Part shown: piece by piece, positions 1 through 8,728 of the stretch
Position numbering within the stretch: position 1 is the first letter of the stretch
How the letters are laid out: every line of letters starts with the position of its first letter
Program-made: the position numbers and the translations under genes
The notes under the pieces: generated by a model
Seen by the model: only the letters and a program-made list of their open reading frames with translations
Told to the model about the DNA's origin: nothing
The model's database searches: none
Assembly (NCBI GenBank): GCA_964356915.1
Contig: CAYHJF010000003.1
Coordinates: 83,579-130,603, forward strand
DNA: 47,025 bases
Direction: 5' to 3'
Origin: an uncultured Candidatus Saccharibacteria bacterium
GTDB lineage: Bacteria; Patescibacteriota; Minisyncoccia; Ryanbacterales; GWA2-47-10b

Positions 1-342
1 GAGAAAGAAAATCAAAGCAAGTGACTGATCAACCAAAAAAAGTGGCGATTCAATTCCTTTTTTTATTGATATAGCGTGCGATTCAAATGTGATAAATCCA
101 AATAACGAAATCAAAATATTAAAAGCCATAAACCAAATGTGAGCTGGACTTGTCATGCCGGCAGCAAGACCAACCACTACAACCCCAATCACAATAGTGA
201 ATGAAGCGAGTGGTAAACGATCTTTAAAAATTGGTAATGCTACAAGCATAATGACGCATGCCGTCACAAATAACCGACGTACCGTATCGCCATAATAATG
301 AAAGAGTGGTCCATACGGTTTTACCCCCTGCTGATCATCCAT
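1..342 (-). CDS. Hypothetical multi-pass membrane protein, truncated by the window edge
   Basis: Manual translation from ATG 342 (MDDQQGVKPYGPLFHYYGDTVRRLFVTACVIMLVALP...VDQSLALIFFL) stays open to position 1 and has hydrophobic segments. Confidence 0.75.
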   Translation of the reverse strand, partial: MDDQQGVKPYGPLFHYYGDTVRRLFVTACVIMLVALPIFKDRLPLASFTIVIGVVVVGLAAGMTSPAHIWFMAFNILISLFGFITFESHAISIKKGIESPLFLVDQSLALIFFL

Positions 343-360
343 GGCCACATTGTCTCATAC

Positions 361-1488
361 CTAGGGGGTACCGCCAAGCTTCTTTGACCATATACTCACC
401 CCGTTCGGTTCTTTGCCAACCTGAATTGTAGCCACTACTTCATCTACAGACGTATCAATCACCGTCACACTCTCATCTAATAAGTTTGTAACATACACAA
501 AGGCACCATCTTGAGAAACAACGACTCCGTGAGGTGCTGCCCCTGTACGTATTGCTTTTATAACAAGACCACCTGCTATATCTAGCTTATATACTTCATC
601 ATGCGTTCCTTGATTAAAGTAATACCCTTGGTCTGCAAGATACACAAATTTTGAATCTGGAGTTGGATACATTTGTACTGGCCCTCGCGCACCATCAGGT
701 AGCGCTACTGAACTCGTCCCTCCATCACTCGTACGATAAATTCCGAGAGACTTTGTATCATAGAGGGAAACAAGCGCATATTTACCGTCAGCCGTCACTC
801 CCGTCTGAACCGCAGCTCCTCCCATTGGCACTTGCTTCAAAGTACCGCTCGAAAGATCGAGCATGCCAATACTTTTTGATCCCAACATCGCTACGTACCC
901 AATCTTTCCGTCGACAGAAAGACGCACTCCGTGAGGTTCATCTTTGAGATCCATAGTGGCCAATCTTTCTATTGAAAAGTCGGCGATACGTACTCGATAG
1001 ATTGTTCCTTCTTTTTGCGCTGTTACATATGCGTATTCCCCTTTCGCGTCAACAACCACGTGCGCAAGGTGAATTCCTGCAGCAACCGGTATCCGATGTT
1101 CAATCTGATCGGTATATGGATTTATAACAATAATTTCGTCTGGTTTTGCACCACCGATTTCTTCTCCGTGTGCAAAAGCTTCCGGAATATGCAGGAAACT
1201 ATGACCTTCATGAGTCCCACTATTTGCCGTCACCCAAATACTCTGTCCGTCTGGCGCAACTTGTACATTGTGAGGACGGAACAATACCGTTCCTCCATCA
1301 TGTTCTACAGATAAATCAATTTTTCTAATCACCTTCCTTTTTGCTGTATCAATAACAGCAATAGCTCCTTCCCCCTCTACGGCTACGTATAATTTTTCAT
1401 TGGGAATAAAAATATCTACCGATGAACTAATGAAGTATGCGGCGCCAACGATACCAAAAAGACAAACCATCCAAAATATCTTTTTCAT
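361..1488 (-). CDS. YncE/YVTN-family beta-propeller protein with N-terminal signal/anchor
   Basis: Repeated YVTN-type blades (PHGVVVSQDGAFVYVTN, YAYVTA, LYVAV) and a His-rich insert. Likely start MKKIFW at 1488, because the ORF-track extension overlaps the upstream gene. Confidence 0.85.
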   Translation of the reverse strand: MKKIFWMVCLFGIVGAAYFISSSVDIFIPNEKLYVAVEGEGAIAVIDTAKRKVIRKIDLSVEHDGGTVLFRPHNVQVAPDGQSIWVTANSGTHEGHSFLHIPEAFAHGEEIGGAKPDEIIVINPYTDQIEHRIPVAAGIHLAHVVVDAKGEYAYVTAQKEGTIYRVRIADFSIERLATMDLKDEPHGVRLSVDGKIGYVAMLGSKSIGMLDLSSGTLKQVPMGGAAVQTGVTADGKYALVSLYDTKSLGIYRTSDGGTSSVALPDGARGPVQMYPTPDSKFVYLADQGYYFNQGTHDEVYKLDIAGGLVIKAIRTGAAPHGVVVSQDGAFVYVTNLLDESVTVIDTSVDEVVATIQVGKEPNGVSIWSKKLGGTP

Positions 1489-1498
1489 AAACACGTGT

Positions 1499-1879
1499 TT
1501 ATCGAAGCCAGTCTCGCATACTCTGAGGCTTGCCATGGATAATAAGAAGTGCGAGCGGAGCACTCCAGTTTGCCCATCGCTCCACAAAATCCCAAACGGG
1601 CATACCCACGATAGGACGTAATAAGGCAGTCCAAAAACCCCAAAATACCATCCATAAAAGCGCAAGACGAACCGGCTTCAACAGAACAAGTACGGCTAAA
1701 GCGATATCCACAACTCCGATAAAAAATAACACCTGCGTCGCTATTCCTACATCTGAAATCCCAAATTTAACAAACCAACCTATCCAATCTTTTTTGCCCT
1801 GTAACGCAAAAACACCATGCCCAAGAAATTCACCCGCAACACCAACTCTCAATACCCACTCGAGTAGCTTTATATTCAT
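1499..1879 (-). CDS. Small membrane protein, DoxX-like
   Basis: About 4 hydrophobic helices; LRVGVAGEFLGHG N-terminal pattern. Confidence 0.65.
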   Translation of the reverse strand: MNIKLLEWVLRVGVAGEFLGHGVFALQGKKDWIGWFVKFGISDVGIATQVLFFIGVVDIALAVLVLLKPVRLALLWMVFWGFWTALLRPIVGMPVWDFVERWANWSAPLALLIIHGKPQSMRDWLR

Positions 1880-1926
1880 ATACTATATTTAAATATGCGT
1901 AAAAAATAACATAAATAATGACCTTT

Positions 1927-1954
1927 AAAAAAATAAACTCGCCTGTGCGAGCTT
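1927..1954 (-). terminator. Intrinsic terminator downstream of the Com-like gene
   Basis: Minus strand AAGCTCGC-ACAG-GCGAGTTT followed by a U-tract. Confidence 0.6.
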
Positions 1955-1980
1955 CTTGAGCTTCTTTAACTACGCTTTTA

Positions 1981-2178
1981 TTATAAACCCCTGCTACCAA
2001 AAGCACCAACTTGAACTCTATGCGGACAATCTGTTACCCCGCATAACAACTTACAACTAAGCGTGGGTCCGTAAATATTCAACGCATGACATGCCCTGCA
2101 TTTAATTTCCACCTCTCCTTCAAAAAGCGTCGCTTTCATGAGAAGCTTGCCGCAATCTTTACATCGAAACTCTTGCAT
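1981..2178 (-). CDS. Com-family (Mu Com-like) zinc-ribbon regulator
   Basis: EFRCKDCGKLL...EVEIKCRACHALN matches the two-CxxC Com pattern; extra Cys/His C-terminal tail. Confidence 0.8.
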   Translation of the reverse strand: MQEFRCKDCGKLLMKATLFEGEVEIKCRACHALNIYGPTLSCKLLCGVTDCPHRVQVGAFGSRGL

Positions 2179-2229
2179 ATCGCAACCATAACACTGCTCT
2201 ATAAAAAATAAAAACCCCGCGAAGCGGGA

Positions 2230-3132
2230 TTATGCTGCACGCGCCCCTGAAGGCTTGTCAGCGGTTACGATAATATACTCACAAAGGCCAGCTTTAAAAA
2301 TACTATAGACGGCGCGATCGATAATATACCCTCCTACGATACCCTTCCAAAAACCACGAACTCGCGCGGCTCCAATCATCATTTCAAGCCTCCGATGATT
2401 TCGATAGTACCCGGGGATTACATACTCACCGACATATCGTATTTCAATATTGCAAAAGCCGATTTGCTCCATGATGGCACGCAACGTATCAGGACCATAA
2501 ATATTCGCGCGAGGAACTTGCCATACCTTAGCTCCAAAGTTTACTGCCCACTGCTCAAGCGTACCTCGCGGATCTCGCATGAGCGCAAAATCAGAAAATG
2601 AGATTCGCCCACTCGGCGCTAGTACGCGATACATTTCTCGTAAAAATTCTTCGCGCGTATTAATGTGCTCGGGCACTTCGATGGACATTGCATGAGTCAT
2701 ACTGTGATCTTGCAGTGGCAAATGAGTACCCGTGCCATGATTGAATGCTACCCGGGTTTCAGGAATACGCTGTCGCTGGGCGCGCTCTCGTGCACGCTTC
2801 ACATGAACATATGTTACGTCATACCCAATCAATCTTGCCGGACGATACTCCCAATACACCTGACACTCGGGCGCACCATTCCCAAAACCAATCGATAAAA
2901 GCTTACTACTACTAGTCAAACCGAGCGGATCAACTATTTGGCGCACCAAATTCTCAGCGCGCTCAAGATAATCAGCATCGGGACAACCCACAAGGTCATA
3001 TCCAAACCCCAAATGCCCTCGATTGAAATTGTGATAGTGTTGTATGCCCGCTCCGTAAAACTGCTCTACTGCGTGTTCATGACTTTTTATAGACCATGTT
3101 CGGCGACCACGCGCCAAATCTCCCGCATTCAT
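2230..3132 (-). CDS. Class I SAM-dependent methyltransferase (sterol/tocopherol/cyclopropane-type)
   Basis: LLSIGFGNG SAM motif I variant, SIEVPEH, EMYRVLAPSGRI, N-terminal GHLGFGY. Confidence 0.8.
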   Translation of the reverse strand: MNAGDLARGRRTWSIKSHEHAVEQFYGAGIQHYHNFNRGHLGFGYDLVGCPDADYLERAENLVRQIVDPLGLTSSSKLLSIGFGNGAPECQVYWEYRPARLIGYDVTYVHVKRARERAQRQRIPETRVAFNHGTGTHLPLQDHSMTHAMSIEVPEHINTREEFLREMYRVLAPSGRISFSDFALMRDPRGTLEQWAVNFGAKVWQVPRANIYGPDTLRAIMEQIGFCNIEIRYVGEYVIPGYYRNHRRLEMMIGAARVRGFWKGIVGGYIIDRAVYSIFKAGLCEYIIVTADKPSGARAA

Positions 3133-3195
3133 GAAAGCCTCCGTACTTTATTCTGAAATTGTTTTACAGGAGGGAAGAAGTCATGTCAATCTAAG

Positions 3196-3238
3196 ATAAA
3201 CAAAAACAAGAGATTCAATGTCTCTTGTTTTTGTTTAT
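3196..3238. terminator. Intrinsic terminator after tRNA-Gln
   Basis: 18-bp perfect inverted repeat ATAAACAAAAACAAGAGA / TCTCTTGTTTTTGTTTAT. Confidence 0.8.
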
Positions 3239-3240
3239 AG

Positions 3241-3311
3241 CTCCGGGACAGGGACTCGAACCCCAATTTCTTGATTCAGAGTCAAGCGTCCTGCCATTAG
3301 ACGATCCCGGA
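3241..3311 (-). tRNA. tRNA-Gln(CTG)
   Basis: Acceptor TCCGGGA/TCCCGGA, anticodon loop CT-CTG-AA, T-loop TTCGAGT. Confidence 0.95.
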
Positions 3312-3366
3312 ATATACTACCTGATTATTCCCTGCCGGCAGCAAACATCACCAAATAGTTTTCCGA

Positions 3367-4275
3367 TTATAGCTTAAGATACCGTCGAGTTGCAACGAAA
3401 CTTGAGAGTACGCCCAAAACTATACCTATAAACAACAACGTGAAAAATATCGAGAAAATATGTGACGTATAGTATTGAAATACATCAACGTTGCCAAAAA
3501 AATCTTTTGTCTTTGGTCCAAGCCACAATGTCAGCGGCCAAAAAATCAATATCGTAACAATAGTTGCCAGAACTCCATAGAGTGCGCCTTCTACAAGAAA
3601 TGGCCCTCGCACAAACCAGTTGGACGCACCAACAACACGCATCACCGCGATTTCATCACGCGCAGTGTAGATTGCAAGCCGAATTGTATTAAATGCGACA
3701 AGAAATGCGATGACACTTAACACTGTCACAACCCCAGCTCCTACGCGACGTGACACTGATAAAATCATCGTTAACTTATCAAAGATCGCCTTATTCTGAC
3801 GATAATTTACTTTATCGATACTCAAGAAACTTCCGTCTTCAATAAACTTAGCGATTGACTCATATTTCCCAGGATCCTTCGCTCTCACTTTCAGTGTTGC
3901 ATTCAATGGATTCTCCCCTAACTCTTCGAGTGCGCTTGTAATAAGCGCGTTCCCCTCATGATTTTTCTTGAATGCTTCGAGTGCTGCTTCTCGAGATACG
4001 TATTCAACATTCTTTACTTCGGGTAATCCCAATAAAAGATCTCGCACACTAACAATTTCTTGCTCTGTGGCATCAATCTTAAAATACACGCTCACATCTA
4101 CCTTACTCTCAATATCAGCAAGCGTAGACGACAAGAGTACTTGGAAAAACATTAAACTACCTACTACAAAAAGAGCGAGTACCATCACTGAAACCGTAGC
4201 GACAGAAACCCACGCATTTCGAGAAAAGCTTAGAAGTGCATTTTTGAATACTCGTCGAAGATTTGTTGCCAGCAT
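3367..4275 (-). CDS. ftsX: Cell division permease FtsX
   Basis: NTIRLAIY...EIAVMRVVGASNWFVRGPFLVEG motif; directly follows ftsE. Confidence 0.93.
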   Translation of the reverse strand: MLATNLRRVFKNALLSFSRNAWVSVATVSVMVLALFVVGSLMFFQVLLSSTLADIESKVDVSVYFKIDATEQEIVSVRDLLLGLPEVKNVEYVSREAALEAFKKNHEGNALITSALEELGENPLNATLKVRAKDPGKYESIAKFIEDGSFLSIDKVNYRQNKAIFDKLTMILSVSRRVGAGVVTVLSVIAFLVAFNTIRLAIYTARDEIAVMRVVGASNWFVRGPFLVEGALYGVLATIVTILIFWPLTLWLGPKTKDFFGNVDVFQYYTSHIFSIFFTLLFIGIVLGVLSSFVATRRYLKL

Positions 4276-4287
4276 ATATATAGTTTA

Positions 4288-4968
4288 CTACAAAACGTAA
4301 CGGCCGTGCTTATCATCTCTCGTGATACGTCCGTTTTCCATCGTAAGCACGCGCTTCCCTATCGTATCAATAATCTCTTTATCGTGAGTAGCAAGAATCA
4401 CAGTCGTACCCAGTTCATTAATTTTCTGAAGTAATCTGATAATTTCCCAGGTATTTCCTGGATCAAGATTGCCCGTTGGCTCATCGGCCACTACTACTTC
4501 GGGGCGATTCACGAGCGCGCGCGCAATTGCAACACGTTGCTGCTGACCACCTGAAAGTTCGCGCGGAAAATAATCCATCTTATCACCAAGACCAACCAGC
4601 TCGAGCACATGCGGTACATCTGCCGCGATCTCTGCATCCTCACGTCCTGAAGCTTCAAGCGCAAACGCGACATTCTCAAATACTGTCTTCGTCGGCAATA
4701 AGCGAAAATCTTGAAAGACCGTGCCTATGCGCCGTCGAACGTGTGGAATCTGTGTACGAGAAAGTTGGTGTACGTTGAGTGATTCAAAAAATACCTCGCC
4801 TGAGGTTGGCTTTTCTTCCGCCAGAAGCAATCGAATGACTGTTGATTTACCCGCGCCCGACTGCCCCACCAAAGAAACAAACTCTTTTGGTTCCACTGAA
4901 AACGTTACGTTATCAAGCGCAACCAAATGTGAATTATAAATTTTTGTTACGTTATTGAAGTAGATCAT
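4288..4968 (-). CDS. ftsE: Cell division ATP-binding protein FtsE
   Basis: Walker [36 protein letters not shown]; start MIYFNNV at 4968. Confidence 0.95.
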   Translation of the reverse strand: MIYFNNVTKIYNSHLVALDNVTFSVEPKEFVSLVGQSGAGKSTVIRLLLAEEKPTSGEVFFESLNVHQLSRTQIPHVRRRIGTVFQDFRLLPTKTVFENVAFALEASGREDAEIAADVPHVLELVGLGDKMDYFPRELSGGQQQRVAIARALVNRPEVVVADEPTGNLDPGNTWEIIRLLQKINELGTTVILATHDKEIIDTIGKRVLTMENGRITRDDKHGRYVL

Positions 4969-6023
4969 GTTCGATACATTCATCGAGATCGCCATCGAGC
5001 ACTGCGTCCACATCATTCGTCTCATAATTATTGCGATGATCTTTTACCATCATATATGGATGAACAACGTATGAACGAATCTGGCTCCCCCATTCAATCT
5101 TAACGGGACTCTCGCCTTTGAGCCCTGCGATTTCTTTCTTTTTTGACTCTTCACGCATTGTAACTAATTTTGAACGAAGAATCGAGAGCGCGATATCACG
5201 ATTTGCCGCTTGTCCGCGCTCAGAGTCAACGTGTATTTGAATTCCTGTCGGTACGTGCACAATACGCACTGCGGTTGAACGCTTGTTAACATTTTGCCCT
5301 CCCGGACCCGAAGAGCGCGCGAAACTAATTTCAATATCATCATCTCTAATTTCAACGTCAGCGGTTTTTGGTAACACGGGCAATACTTCTACATATGCAA
5401 AACTTGTATGCCGTAATTTTTTTGAAGAAAAGGGCGAAATACGCACGAGACGATGCACGCCCATTTCGCGACGCAAATATCCATATCCGTATGTCCCATC
5501 GATCTGAACTGTCGCATTCTTGATGCCACCATGTTCATTCTCATGCTTATGCAATATTTCAAAGCGCCAATTCTTTCGTTCGGCATATCGTGTATACATA
5601 CGAAACAAAATACGCGCCCAATCTTCCGCGTCTTGACCGCCAGCCCCTGCAATAATAGTGAGCACCACTCCAGACTTATCATACGGCCCAGATAAAAGTG
5701 CTTTTTTTCGCTCTTTTTCAAAAAGACGCTCAAGTGTTGCGCACTCGGACTCAATACCAGCGTCATCAGAAATTTGAGCAAGCTCTTTAAGTGACCCGAC
5801 ATCACTCAAAAGCTTATCCCATAATCCAATATCATCTTTAAGTTCTTTAATTTGAGCGCCGACATCTCGCGCGCGCTCGTGGTTACGCCAAAAATCTTCC
5901 GACTGAGTTTCGGCCTCGAGCTTCAGTAATTCTTCTTTTTTAGCGCGCAGGTCAAAGATGGTCCGCGACTTCGCGGACCCGAGTCTCCAGTTCTTGAATA
6001 CGATTCAAAAATTCAGATGTCAT
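4952..6023 (-). CDS. prfB: Peptide chain release factor 2 with programmed +1 frameshift
   Basis: SPF (RISPF) and GGQ motifs. A 23-codon ORF from ATG 6023 ends at CTT TGA C (5957-5951), and the +1 frame continues [22 protein letters not shown]. Confidence 0.96.
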
Positions 6024-6061
6024 AACAAAAGACTATCAAAAATCAAACGCCCTGTACATTG

Positions 6062-6134
6062 AGCCACCTCCCGGATTCGAACCGGGGACCTCTGCTTTAC
6101 GAAAGCATTGCTCTACCAGCTGAGCTAAGGTGGC
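6062..6134 (-). tRNA. tRNA-Thr(CGT)
   Basis: GCCACCT...AGGTGGC acceptor, loop TT-CGT-AA, TTCGAAT. Confidence 0.95.
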
Positions 6135-6161
6135 ACGCGCGATTATAGGATAACCGCGCGA

Positions 6162-6710
6162 CTAGCTTATCATGTCTTTTTGCTCTTGGCGAGATATAAC
6201 AAAGCCCAATCCGAGTGCCATAATCGTCTGCCAAACACTTAAAAGTGCTAGCAAGTTTACACTAGCATCATCTCCGCCAAACAACCCCTTCAGTGGTCCT
6301 CCGATAAACCAGCTGAGCCCAAGAACGCCACCTACTGCGACAAGTGCAAAAAAATGTTGCGCTCGCAATCGAACAAGAAAAAAATGGAACCCTACAAGCA
6401 TGAGGAACGACCCAATACCGCCACCTATCAAAAAAGCAACGTACTGCGCAGCTCCACCATCTCCACCTATATCAATAGCCCGCAACGTCGTATAAACAGC
6501 GGCATAATAGCTAGCAGTAGAAATGAGAATCCATGGGATCCCCCACAAGATATTAACGCGTCGTGATACAAAAACTACCAAACCCACACAAACTCCAAAA
6601 ACAACACCTGGGACATAAAATAAAAGTGCCAAACTTTGATAAGAAGTAACGAGATAATAGGAAATTACTCCAGACACAAAACCGCTCAGAGCAAAAAATA
6701 ATTGAGACAT
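6162..6710 (-). CDS. Hypothetical multi-pass membrane protein
   Basis: 182-aa Gly-rich hydrophobic ORF with about 6 TM segments. Confidence 0.75.
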   Translation of the reverse strand: MSQLFFALSGFVSGVISYYLVTSYQSLALLFYVPGVVFGVCVGLVVFVSRRVNILWGIPWILISTASYYAAVYTTLRAIDIGGDGGAAQYVAFLIGGGIGSFLMLVGFHFFLVRLRAQHFFALVAVGGVLGLSWFIGGPLKGLFGGDDASVNLLALLSVWQTIMALGLGFVISRQEQKDMIS

Positions 6711-6735
6711 CGTTACTATAGTATACCAGTATTTT

Positions 6736-6753
6736 GTGCGGACAGGGAGAATC
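6736..6753 (-). repeat. Duplicate of the tRNA-Gly(CCC) 3' end (att-like)
   Basis: gtgcggacagggagaatc vs gtgcgggcagggagaatc at 7535-7552 (17/18 identical). Confidence 0.7.
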
Positions 6754-6844
6754 TCGCTCGCCCCACAGCGCCCTGAGCTCTACTCTCCTATAAATAAACC
6801 CAAACTTAAAGCCTAGTATCCTCTCATTGTAAAATGCTGTTCAG

Positions 6845-7435
6845 TTAGAAATCTTCCGGCTCAACGATTCGCAATTTGGAAATAGTATCATCTGGGATAG
6901 GATACGGTACTATCAACTTATCTTCTCCCGTAACTAAATCTACCTCATACAGTCCATATCCTTCTTTCTTTGCTTCTCTTCTTAGATCTTCTTCGGAATA
7001 TCCATACGGCTCATGAAATCCAGTTTTATAATAAATCTTAGTCTTATCATAAGATAAACCTATTAATCCAAATCCCTTTCCAAATATTGGGTAATAAGTA
7101 AAATCATTAACTGCACTATCAAATAAACATATTGATTGTTCTTCTTTATCCCAATAAATAGTATATTTTCCTTTGGGATACTGGGTTTCGTAATAGTATG
7201 AATAACTTCGAGGACAACCAAATTTCTCATCAGTAATTTCTTGATTTTTCTGCAAACTAGACGTAGATGTTTGATTGGATACTTGTAGCGGCTTGTCTGT
7301 TATTGTAAAAGATGAATTTAATGGCGTACTAGTAAGTGACGCTTGTTTTTTCAAAAAAATAAAATATCCTGCCACGCTAGCTATACTAATTACTAGTGCT
7401 ATTAATCCAAGATTTATAAGCAATTTTTTGTTCAT
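6845..7435 (-). CDS. Hypothetical membrane-anchored exported protein (AT-rich)
   Basis: N-terminal TM, Ser/Thr linker, Tyr-rich domain; visibly lower GC than the backbone. Confidence 0.75.
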   Translation of the reverse strand: MNKKLLINLGLIALVISIASVAGYFIFLKKQASLTSTPLNSSFTITDKPLQVSNQTSTSSLQKNQEITDEKFGCPRSYSYYYETQYPKGKYTIYWDKEEQSICLFDSAVNDFTYYPIFGKGFGLIGLSYDKTKIYYKTGFHEPYGYSEEDLRREAKKEGYGLYEVDLVTGEDKLIVPYPIPDDTISKLRIVEPEDF

Positions 7436-7532
7436 AATGAAAGATTTTTTCTTTCATTGTACTTCAGAAAAGGACAAGCTGGAAGAAGCAACCTCTCTTA
7501 TTTTGAGTAGCCAAAACTTACAAATTCATAGT

Positions 7533-7606
7533 TGGTGCGGGCAGGGAGAATCGAACTCCCATCTGTTGCTTGGGAAGCAACCATTCTGCCACTAAACTAT
7601 GCCCGC
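7533..7606 (-). tRNA. tRNA-Gly(CCC)
   Basis: GCGGGCA/TGCCCGC acceptor, loop TT-CCC-AA, encoded CCA. Confidence 0.96.
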
Positions 7607-7621
7607 AAAAAAAGAAATCTT

Positions 7622-7667
7622 CATTCTGCCACTAACCCGCCTACCGGCGGGCAGGACTATGCCCGCA
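7622..7667 (-). repeat. Duplicate of the tRNA-Gly 5' end interrupted by a 20-nt GC-rich insertion
   Basis: cattctgccactaa[cccgcctaccggcgggcagg]actatgcccgca vs uninterrupted 7582-7607. Confidence 0.85.
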
Positions 7668-7695
7668 TATCGTGAATCAATATTGTAGTTGTTCT

Positions 7696-8268
7696 CTACT
7701 TGTTTTCAAGTCGCCCATCGCGCCACACATATGGCAAGAAAAAAACTTTTACATCCGCACTCTTGGCACGCCCCTCGATCCACGCACTATAACCACTACT
7801 TGTCTTTGCCTCCACTCGCTCCCGAAGTACAACCTCCGTCATGCTGGGTATAATCATCGTGCGCTCAAATTCCTTATAATTCATATTATAATATTTTTTT
7901 AGTGTCCGCTCGATCGATGTGCGCCCATCACCTGAAGCAATATTTTGTACTTCCTTTTCTACACGCGCCTCGATATCAGCTCGTCCAAACTCATCCAGAG
8001 ACCGCTCAATTAAAGAACGTACAATAATCTCATGGAGTGCGGCGCGACGAGGATCTTGCATACTCTGTAACAAAGGCGAGACCATCTCTGACCCAACCGT
8101 TTCCTGCATGGCTTTTGCCGCACGTGTAAGCGGCATAATCTCTCGATACCATATAAATTTTCCGTCCACGCGCGCAACAGGAAAAAAACCAAGTGCAATG
8201 GCGCTAAAACAAAAAATAACTCCAACGCCTAGAATAACAAAAGCTTTTTTATTTAAAATCCAAGCCAT
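7696..8268 (-). CDS. SurA/PrsA N-terminal-like exported chaperone-type protein
   Basis: N-terminal TM, PVARVDGKFI, helical body, C-terminal WIEGRAKSADVKVF. Confidence 0.6.
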   Translation of the reverse strand: MAWILNKKAFVILGVGVIFCFSAIALGFFPVARVDGKFIWYREIMPLTRAAKAMQETVGSEMVSPLLQSMQDPRRAALHEIIVRSLIERSLDEFGRADIEARVEKEVQNIASGDGRTSIERTLKKYYNMNYKEFERTMIIPSMTEVVLRERVEAKTSSGYSAWIEGRAKSADVKVFFLPYVWRDGRLENK

Positions 8269-8597
8269 GTCTGTATTCGTTTCATAATACTCTCTCGCCG
8301 TATATCTTCTTTCTCTTTCTGTGGCGTCTTGTCATCAAGTATAATTAATACTTTTTCATCAGGACGCTGCAAATTCAAACGACTCCGAGCTTCAAGCTCT
8401 AGTCCTTCTCCAGACTCAAAGTGTCGAAGTTTCTCCTCGAGTGTCGCCACCTCCCGCTTTCGTTCATCGATCTGTTTTATGACTGTTTCGTGTTCATGGA
8501 GTGCGCTTTGCCTGTATCGATAAGCACGTACAGCCCCAAAAAGTGCTACAAAAAGAATTATACCGCCAAAACCAAAGACACTTTTCATTCTTCGCAT
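8253..8597 (-). CDS. Septum formation initiator family protein (FtsB/DivIC-like)
   Basis: TM plus coiled coil plus LELEARSRLNLQRPDEKV motif. Confidence 0.8.
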   Translation of the reverse strand: MRRMKSVFGFGGIILFVALFGAVRAYRYRQSALHEHETVIKQIDERKREVATLEEKLRHFESGEGLELEARSRLNLQRPDEKVLIILDDKTPQKEKEDIRRESIMKRIQTWLGF

Positions 8598-8728
8598 GTC
8601 ACTTTATAGTAGTCATATGTCTAAAAAAAGAAAGACGCGAAATCAAACGATTATATCTATCGTTGCCATTATTGCCATTATCAGTATGTTTGTATTCTTA
8701 CTTCCTTCGAATCTCTTCCTCTAGCCAC

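Noticed and set aside
1981-2178. Prophage inferred from the Mu Com-like gene
   Set aside because: No phage structural, replication, transposase or integrase genes anywhere in the window.
4952-5809. ORF-track 285-aa prfB suggesting truncation or a pseudogene
   Set aside because: Explained by the canonical programmed +1 frameshift with the true start at 6023.
8655-8690. Short tandem TTGCCATTA repeat between lepA and the FtsB-like gene
   Set aside because: Two copies of 9 nt with no associated structure, and no CRISPR-like periodicity.
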